From positions 2,480,001 to 2,544,000 of the forward strand of contig OZ237735.1 of NCBI GenBank assembly GCA_965178125.1: a stretch of 64,000 bases of DNA, in the 5' to 3' direction. The notes below the pieces were generated by a model. That model searched no databases. It had not been told where the DNA came from and saw only the letters and a list, made by a program, of their open reading frames with translations. Source of the DNA: Bilabrum cf. latius. Its lineage: Eukaryota. Numbering within the stretch: position 1 is the stretch's first letter; every line of letters begins with the position of its first letter. The position numbers were made by a program, and so were the translations under genes. Shown one piece after another: positions 51,601 to 64,000 of this stretch.

Positions 51601-53086
51601 TTTCCTGCTCCCACTTGAAAGCGTTCGCTGATACCTGAACCCGGTGCCGCCTAACGTACTTGATCTCGTAGTCGAAAATGTTGGCCCCACCGTCGAACAC
51701 TGGAGGTTGCCACTTGAAGAAGATGGCATCCGTGTCTGCGCCCACGCTCTTGATTCCGAAAGGGGGTTCGGGAGGCAGTGCCTTGGTGGGTTTCTTGTTC
51801 TTTACCAGCTTGCGGTACTGCCGCTCAAGGCGACGCACCTCCATCTTGCACGAGTCCACGAATCGCGAGGCTGCCACCCGCTGGAGGGTGAACGGGTTTC
51901 GAAAGTGCTCTCCCTCTTCCAACGCGGCAGCCGTGAGCTGCTTGGAACGCTTGCGCTTCATGGCCTGCACTTCGTGTGCCGATGCACCCACATCGCCCGC
52001 CAGTCGGCCTAGCACCTGCGCCTTGCGTTTCTGGTGCCGATCTACCAGCTGTGCGAACGAGCTGCCTTCGGCCCGGGCGCCTTCGTCGCCATCAAATCCC
52101 ACGGGGCCCTCGGCTCTGGAGGCGATCGACTGGGCGCCTTCCGAGGAACCGAGTGACCCGTTGCTTGAGAGGTCCGACTCGATCGAAGCGAGGGACGCCT
52201 CGCTGCGGCCAGACAGCGGGCCTTTCAAACGCCTGGCGTACCCCGGCATTTCTGCCGTGACTATGTCAAACTAAAGAGGGTCGAGATTCTATTCTAGTTG
52301 CGCTAGTTCATCGTCTACTTCGGACGCGGCCGGACGGAGCGACTCTTTGTCTCTCTTTCGCAGAGCCTCCACGATCGACTTCGGGGCGGGTTTCGCCAGC
52401 TCGCCTCGCATCCTGTTGAGTTTCGTCTCAAGGTCGTCAAGTTTCTGCGTATAGGTAGGCGATAATCCGCATTGAGTCGCGCGATTTGCTTGTGGATCAC
52501 CCCCAGAGGCAGCGTATATCAACTCCAGCGACGTCTCACGGACTTGTTGGACCGGACCGAACGGACCGTCTGCTCCACGCCCCCTTCAAGCACCCTGCGA
52601 TACAAATAGATTAATACGAATATGCTTTATCTTGAAGCAACCTGCGCTTTGGAAACGATGTCACGCCAACCTTCCAACTCACTGCAGCTGCAGATGAGAG
52701 CGAAGCTGCTGTTCCGCTCGATCTTGAGCCATCCGAACCTTCTTGTCATAGTCCATCATTTCAAAAGTGGATATGATTGATTCCCTCTTGAGCCGCTTCT
52801 CAATTGCTTGCTTCACCAGGGCCCTATCAGCCTTCGTTTCAGCTTGCCTTGACCGTTGGACTGCAACTATAAGCGCCCCGATGCCGATGTCGCTTTTTTC
52901 TGCTTTTTTTGAGCTAAGCTTCAGCTTGGACACTTCTTTCTATTTGGCTTGGCCCCTAAACGCGGCTTCTTTTCGAAGCTAATCTGTCATAATCTTGTCA
53001 GCAAGGCTTGGCTGTGGTTTTGCTTTGTGCAACTGAGCAGCAGCAGCATGCCTCGTCTTGGCTAAGGTGCTACCACTTCCATCCAT
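45623..53086 (-). CDS. ~2450 aa multidomain protein: 2x FN3, coiled coil, TPR-like, WD40 repeats, LysM, acidic tail; one 5' intron (donor 52682, acceptor ~52585-52595)
   Basis: A dozen track ORFs share one frame and are separated only by TAG. FN3 FKWQPPVFDGGANIFDYEIKY / FQVRAVNSYGKSAWS; WD LRGHTGTVWSI...SGSSDQTIRLW; LysM HIVAAEQTPQDIAKLYGVTVKELMKWNKL; ends TGA. Confidence 0.8.
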
Positions 53087-53266
53087 ATTGATGTATATGT
53101 ATTCAAACACTATTTCCCCCCATCAAGCCAACGATAGCAGCGGTCTGAAGATGAAGTTGAGTTGAGCACTGATGAATTGTACCGAGCAGTTTCGCTGACG
53201 GAACCTTACGCCTCCCGATCGCGCGGCGCCGAAAAGCAAGATCTCTCACTCCCGTTCTCGACAAGC

Positions 53267-57643
<4,377 letters not shown>

Positions 57644-57699
57644 TTCAGTTGAGGCAGACACACGAGTAGCTCATGCATGACCAGTGCACACCATGCCCG

Positions 57700-60282
57700 T
57701 CAACGGATTATCGTGCCCGGGACGATCTCAAGCTCCCCAAGCAGCACCCCTAGAACCACCACCAGAAGGTCGATGCTTGGCGCCGATGCGAACCGCTGCA
57801 GTTTCTGCTCACTGCTCACTGACTTGGCTCGCTTACTCGCCGACCACAAGCCCTGTGTCAGCACGCCGCACTCCTCGGCGTGCCGCCGCTGCACTAGGAG
57901 GCAGTCTCGATACACTGGCGCGGTAGCATCTTCAGCAAGTCCGGTCACCACCTGCTCGCTGGCTAGCAGCATGCGGGGCAAGCGCCCGAACTGCGACCCA
58001 GGCGCGTCAGGCAGGGACACGCACCTTCTGGTGTGGCCGAGCAGTCGGCCCACCTCAAGCGTGCTCAGGACACGGCAAGCACACCGCGCCCTGGGATCTG
58101 CGGACAGCGATGAGGCAGGGACCATTGCCTGGGTCGGAGTACTCGACTATGACTCGGTCACTTCACGGTCACCCACGCCGGCGGTGTCCGGACTCGAGGG
58201 GGACCCAGCAGGCGCAAGGGCCGTGGAGGCAAGCCTCAGCCACGACGATGAATCGCCCGTGTATACCACCGAGCCCAAGCACCTGCCCGAGCCCTTCTTC
58301 GGGCCATAGCTCCAGGCGAGCCCCCGAACAGCCGGTGTGCCAGGCGTGATCATCTCGTATTTGAAGCTGGCTGGCGCCTTTGCTAGCAGAGTGCCTGGCA
58401 GGACGCTTCGCTGCAGCTCTTCTGCTGCATCCGGTGGTAGCAGCATCGTGCCATAAGGTTTAGGCCTGCGCGATTTTGCCGGTGGAGCGCTCGAAGAGGG
58501 TGCATCTCCAGCTTCTTTAGCAGCCAGTGCTCGAGAGCTTGATTCTGACGCCCACTCACCCAGGTCCAGCCAGTGCTGCCTGCAGTACGATGCCGTGACA
58601 CTAGTGGGCCCGAGTGACGACCACTCCGTCCCGTTGGAAAGGGGCGCGTCAGAGGCGCTCGGAGTTGCAGATGCTGAACTTGTACTGGCCCTCCCTGGTC
58701 TTTGCATTGCTGAACTAAGAACAGCTCGGTTTGGCGCAGCAGGAACGCCTGCATCGCTGACTTTAGCGGAGCTCACCGTGGAAGCACCCACGATGGATGC
58801 TGCCGACTCCTCTAGGTCTTGCAACCGAAGCTGCATGTCTCCCAAGAAAACCGCGGACCTGCGTGGGGCATCCAGTGGATGCCTTATTGCCTCCAGCCCA
58901 ACTGCACTGCGCGGCGCTGCCGGATGCCTGTACTTGCTGGCTGCGTCGGCTTCCTCAGGGCTGGCTGCTAGAGGTAGGCTGGCAGACGGGTCTGCCGGGT
59001 CACCATGTTCTCCCCTTCTGGGTTCAACTGATCCATTTGATCCATCATCAGCTTCCTGTACAACCAGCCGCACGTCTAGACCGTGCATCTTTGCATCCGA
59101 GACAGATGGGAGCATGAAGGCAGGCAGGGCCTCAGTGCAGCGCCTGGCACCGGTGGCAAGCACGGGGCTTGAAGGGGAATCCATTGGGGATTCGCCGCCT
59201 GATGTAGCAGTGGAACTACCATCTGCTCTTTCAGTGGAACAAGTAGCTGCATCTGTGCGTGCCTTTGTGCCAGTCGCAGTGCTCCGAGCCATCATCGCAC
59301 CTGAGGGCTAGTGGAGAGGCAGCACGACATGGACGAACTGAGGCAGGGGAGCAGGCTCTGCGGGCTCCTCGGCTTCCAAAGTGCAAATAGCGGGCGCAGC
59401 GGATGCAGCAGTCTACAGTGCCGGGTCCTTGTCTGAGACAGATCTCTTGCCGCCTGTGGCCTCGTCACTGCCACTGCCACTGCGGCTGGCAGCAGCTCCT
59501 GCCATGGAGACAGCGGACGGCTCATCCGCGAGCCTGCCACGGACCTTCCGTACCGGACGGGCACGGAACCATCGTATGGGCATTGACGCTGGACTGGAGG
59601 CATCTTTACCACGACTTTCCTGTCCACCTGCTACGTTCGACTTGTCCTGACTCGGAGGTGGCTCGCTCGTGGCTATGGGGTGTTCGGTATCCCTGCCGAC
59701 ATCGACATCGCCAGCCAGCTCAGCACACAAGTAGTACTCATCGCGGTCAACTGGAATGCCAAGCAACTCTGATGGAGACAAAACATACTCGACTACACGA
59801 TATCGCCCTTCTACCAATCGACGGATCAGCTCATTGCGTGCTTCGGTCCGCCTGAAATTTGGATGGCATCGCAGCAGTAGGCGAGCGCCTCGCCTTGGAT
59901 TCGATGTGACGAAGTCTGACAAGGTCCACAGCTCCGAGCACTACTTTGAGTCCGCTGGACACTATCCGGTTGCAAAAGGCTTTGGTGCAAGATCGATGGT
60001 CCATAAGAGCGGCTGGCGAAATCGGTCAATGCTTGGCAACGCCCCCGCCGGGCAGACTTCTACCCCATGCTGCTACGAACGCGCTACCTTTGGTCTACTA
60101 GTACTACATGCTTTCAGCTTCTAGAGATACGCCTGACAGAGAGCTCTTGATGGCTTGTCTGATGCTTCTCGAAGTAAACTGCAAGAAGTACAGTGTCCCT
60201 AAACAGCCCGAATAATCGATAGAGCAGAATGAAATGACCCAATACCGCCCGTTAGATCTACATGTACCACATCTATAGACAT
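57700..60282 (-). CDS. DNMT2/TRDMT1-like cytosine-5 methyltransferase-fold protein with degenerate catalytic motifs (~860 aa)
   Basis: Single frame via TAG. VHVDLTGGIGSFHSAL (motif I), YRVVEYVLSPSELLGIPVDRDEYYLCA (motif VIII), RVLSTLEVGRLLG (IX), KLQRFASAPSIDLLVVVL (X) occur in DNMT2 order; ends TGA. Confidence 0.7.
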
Positions 60283-60612
60283 TCTTGCCAGCAAGACTTT
60301 TCGTGTCAACGATTAACGCAGTAGTTTCTTTAAGAGAAGGATGGATTCAAGGAACGTTCATCAGCGTTCCAATCTGAAGGTTCGTCGTCGGTGAGCGGAT
60401 GCAGAGCGTGCAGCACAATTACAGACACTTGCATCCCGCAGAGCAGCAGCAGTATTCACAGCAATCAACGCACGCGTGCGTTACCGCAAAACTGTTCAAT
60501 TTAACCATATTTGAGCCGCTACAGCATGCCGAAGTGTGTGGGCATGCGGGGCAACTGTCAACACCGGCGAAGACTGGAGGCGCCCGGGGGCGTTCTCCGC
60601 ATCGCCAGCCCG

Positions 60613-61431
60613 TCATTCATCCTTCGCAACTTCCCACCCCGACACCTTGCCCGCGTCCATGACGGGCTTGACCAGGTCACCGGAATCCGGGATGGGCTCG
60701 GCCGCAGCCGCCGCCCCCCCCGGGGAAGAGCAGGCGCCGGCCCATCCGCGCACCATCTCGGCGAGCTCGTCTGGGCTGGTCCACTCCGACTGGTCTGCGT
60801 CAGGCATGGCCGCTCTGTTGGCCGGGGTGTCTAGCACCTCGGGCAGCAGGCACACCGATCGGCTGTCGGCAGGGAGGCCGGCCTTCGAGACTACCTGCGA
60901 GAGATAATGCGTGGCTGATTTCGCCATGCAGTACCCTAGCATGCCAACGGCTCCCGCGTTAGGGGTTGTAGCAGCCGCAGACCCCGTCAGCACTAGCAGT
61001 CCGCCCTCCTCCATGTGCTGGGACGCCACGCAAGCCGCTGTGATGGAAGTCTTGTAGCACGCGAAAATCATCGCCTCCGCACCTTCAATCAGCGCTTCGG
61101 CGTCATCAAGTCCGCCTCCTGCCCAGCCACCGGCGGCACACACTACAGCGTGCACCTTGCCATTGCTCTTCTCCTCGTCGATGCGCTTCAGCAGCGCCTC
61201 AACGTCCTCATGCCAAGAACCCGTGCCTTGAATGCTAACGTCGGCATTCTTGTTTTCAGTCAGATCAAACGAAATCGTGTTCCAGTCGTCGCTCTTGAAT
61301 TTTGAGACCACTGACTGGCCGAAAGCCCCGTTGCCCCCGACTACAACGACAGACCTACTCGATCGAGCGGCTGCAGAGGTGCTCAAGCTACGCGAAAGCT
61401 TAGATATCCCAGAGCAGTAGCGGCGTAGCAT
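60613..61431 (-). CDS. QDPR: Dihydropteridine reductase with an N-terminal extension
   Basis: VVVVGGNGAFGQ, AVVCAAGGWAGG, GGLLVLTGSAAA, GMLGYCMAKSATHYL, LPEVLDTPANRAAMPDADQSEWT; ends TGA. Confidence 0.9.
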   Translation of the reverse strand: MLRRYCSGISKLSRSLSTSAAARSSRSVVVVGGNGAFGQSVVSKFKSDDWNTISFDLTENKNADVSIQGTGSWHEDVEALLKRIDEEKSNGKVHAVVCAAGGWAGGGLDDAEALIEGAEAMIFACYKTSITAACVASQHMEEGGLLVLTGSAAATTPNAGAVGMLGYCMAKSATHYLSQVVSKAGLPADSRSVCLLPEVLDTPANRAAMPDADQSEWTSPDELAEMVRGWAGACSSPGGAAAAAEPIPDSGDLVKPVMDAGKVSGWEVAKDE

Positions 61432-61533
61432 AGCAAGCCAAGATTGGGCGTGCTGGAGAGTGGTTGTCCCGAAGTCAAATCGCGGATTGTCAGTGCACTG
61501 CATGTCAAGTGTTCCGAGTGCATGCAGCAGCAG

Positions 61534-64000
61534 TCAAGCAAGCTGCCTCACCGTGACGTTCAACCTGCCAGAGGCTAGGTCGCAGTCGGCTGGCTGCGAC
61601 CCTGCCACGATCTCGGCCACGCCGTGCAAGCACATGCGAGCAGGCCCGCCGAGCACGAGCGCGTCACCGTGCCGCAGCCGCACGCGCGCCTCGCGCCCCA
61701 GCGAAGCGCTTGAGGCCCCTGCAGCCGGCCCGCTGCCAGCCTCTGCGCCACCTCCCTTCAAAACGACACCGCCCTTCACCTCGCGAATGACAAACACCGC
61801 GTCGCAGCCGAAGCTCATGCTCACCACGGGCACGCCGTCGGCGAGCGAGGCCGCCGATTCGCTCTTGTCCTGATGCATGCCCATCTTCTCCCCCGGGCGG
61901 TAAAAATTGCACAGCGCCAGATCCGGCTCGTAGGACCCATCCCCGCGGGCGCCGACTACCTCTGCGTCCCTGTGCGACGCAAGCGCGACAAGGCGTTGGG
62001 ACAGCCTCTGCAGCCCCTCCGAGATGGCTTGCACCGGCAGCCCGTCGTGGTCGGACCTCCGGCCCTCGTACCGGTTCGTGCGATTGTTCCAGTGCTTGCC
62101 GAGGCACATCATCCTGCAGTGCAGCTTGGCACCGTCCTTGAATGTCGGCCGGTAGAAGCCCGCCTTGCCCGCGCCGAGCTGACGGACCTCGGCCGCAATC
62201 GACCGGCCAAGCTCGCCGTCCAGAGCGCCGGGCAGCAGCACGGCACCTGCAATGATGCGACGGGCAGAGGCAGCCTCGCTTGCGGGGGGCCTGGAAGGCA
62301 GCTGCTTCAGCTGCTCTAGCAGCGAGAGCGGCTGGAATCGGGCCAACACAGAGGCGACCGCCGGGGCCGGCCCTTGCGTGGCCGCACTCGAGCCTACATC
62401 TCCGGCTTTCTCGATCTCCTCCAAGGCGGCCCGTGCCGCTCGAAGCTCGGGGAACACTTTCCTCCCCTTGGACCGTCGCATGGCCCAGGGAACAAGGTCC
62501 TCTTTGCGACGCGGGGGTCCGACCCACTCGCTGTCCGGAGCGTCCGGTCGCTTCCTCCACAGGTCGAACACAGGGGTGGATTCGGCCTTCTTCCTGCGCT
62601 CTCGTTCCTCTCTCTTGGCTGCTTCCCTCGCTTCCTGCTCGGATACAAGTGCCTAAGCGGGTCGCCACGACAGGTCAACCGGTCTGAGGGGGGAGGAACC
62701 GGTGCGCACCGCCGCCGCGGGCGCGAGGCGGCACAGCGCGTGGGATTGCCTGAAGCTAGAGGACGCAGACGAGGGCTACGATGCACCCCCAGGCGCCCTC
62801 CCTAGCTGCCATACCTCTTCCGCCCTGACGGATGGCTCCTGTCCCGGCGACCCTACCGCGCAGGGCCTCTCCACCATCCAGAGGAACGGCTCGCTGTACT
62901 GCGCGACCGAGGTGGCGTCGATCACGCGGCGGCGGTACTCGTCCCGCGGGAGGCACTGCCGCACGTCTACCCGGGCGAGCACGCAGCCCGTGGGGTACGA
63001 GAGGCTGTCGTGCGAGGGCGCGTCGTCGAGCTGGCCATACATGCTGGCGAAAGAGGCCCATTGCGCGCTGATTTCCTTGGCAGTCGGCTTCTTGGAGGAC
63101 GCAACAATCCACAACCCGCCCCGGTGCGACGTCTGGAAGGACTGTCCTATGAATCGTTGCATCCCGCTAGCGACAAACGTGGCCTGCGGCTGGTCCAGCA
63201 CGAGACAGGCATCAGAGAGTCCCGCTGCTGTGCCGTCCTCCGTGGACGCTGCACCTTCGAGAAACGCTGGTCGAGGGAACACACGCTAGGAGCCACTGCT
63301 CGTTGAAGCGGAAGAAGAGCCGGCACCAGAGGATGCTACGGCGGCCAGGGCGTCGTCCGTGGCTCGCCTGGCACTGGCAGCCGCACTGCTCGGCGGCATG
63401 GCGTCGACGAGACCCCTGGGGTCGGCCGCAAGCGCGCCGTTCAGGTCTGCGGGCGCGTTGCCCGGCAAGAAGCCTGGCTCGCTGGGATCACATTCAGGCA
63501 GGGGCTCCCCGCGGATGGCGTGCGCCAGCCGCACACCGTCTCCTGGGAACGTCCAAAAACTGTCCTGTTTCGACGACGACGACGAGGACTGTCCAGCCTT
63601 GCCATCCTGGAAGCCTGGCCTGTCAGACGGTCCGCACAAAGAAGCGTCGGCCGCATGAGCAGCACTAAGGAGAGCACGAGGAGGCCACATGAGGACGTGC
63701 TGTGACGCACCAGGCACGCGCCTCGCCGGGGCGCCGTTGGCCCCTGCCGCGGACGGCTGCACCGACCGCCGAATGGCCTCGTCGATCTCGTCCTCGTCCA
63801 CGTCTCGGAGAGCCCTTCGATTCGCCGCGTCGCCTCCATTGATCAGTCCCACTCCCACAAACACGGAGGCGGAGACGGTCGTCCCGGCTCCCCTCGAGGA
63901 GGTCGACCGACCTGCGCGCGCAGCTGCAAGGGAGGTCCCGGCCAGCCGACCGCCGGCTCCCTCCGGGCCGCTCTCGTCGTCGAAGGGGTCCGAGTGCTGA
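61534..64000 (-). CDS. ASCH (ASC-1/TRIP4-like) domain fused to an AlkB/ALKBH1-clade 2OG-Fe(II) dioxygenase; 5' end beyond the window
   Basis: One frame from 63999 to TGA 61534 with TAG only at 63286, 62776 and 62653. ASCH CLVLDQPQATFVASG...TSHRGGLWIVASSKKP...YPTGCVLARVDVRQCL; AlkB GFYRPTFKDGAKLHCRMMCLG, NFY...GMHQDKSE, PVVSMSFG, LHGV, RLNVTVRQ. Confidence 0.8.

Overview
This is gene-dense, GC-rich nuclear DNA from a flagellated protist. It has short GT-AG introns, an outer dynein arm docking gene and Pol I RPA2. The long Ala/Gly/Ser insertions suggest a stramenopile (bicosoecid-like) host, but that is inference only. The main result is a non-standard nuclear genetic code. TAG occurs in frame dozens of times inside conserved proteins (RPA2 C-terminal zinc finger, USP catalytic domain, WD40, FN3, ODA-DC2), aligns best to Gln and swaps with CAG between paralogs. 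Every gene I could close ends in TGA, and I found no in-frame TAA, so UAG and UAA appear decoupled. The supplied ORF track is therefore fragmented. Re-reading with TAG=Gln gives: (i) a ~31 kb tandem array (6.26-37.3 kb) of a convergent gene pair, a 3-intron ankyrin-like gene A and an ~830-860 aa orphan gene B, with hypervariable patches, an 8391-bp higher-order repeat and two foreign insertions, bracketed by two SAM-like multi-TM paralogs; (ii) a full-length but apparently catalytically dead DNMT2 homologue; (iii) an ASCH (ASC-1/TRIP4-like)-AlkB fusion; (iv) a ~2450 aa FN3-TPR-WD40-LysM protein; and (v) a DUSP/Tudor-like USP, a zinc-ribbon/PA/RING protein, QDPR, a tetraspanin-like gene and a WW membrane protein. 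Family assignments come from recalled motifs; no searches were run.
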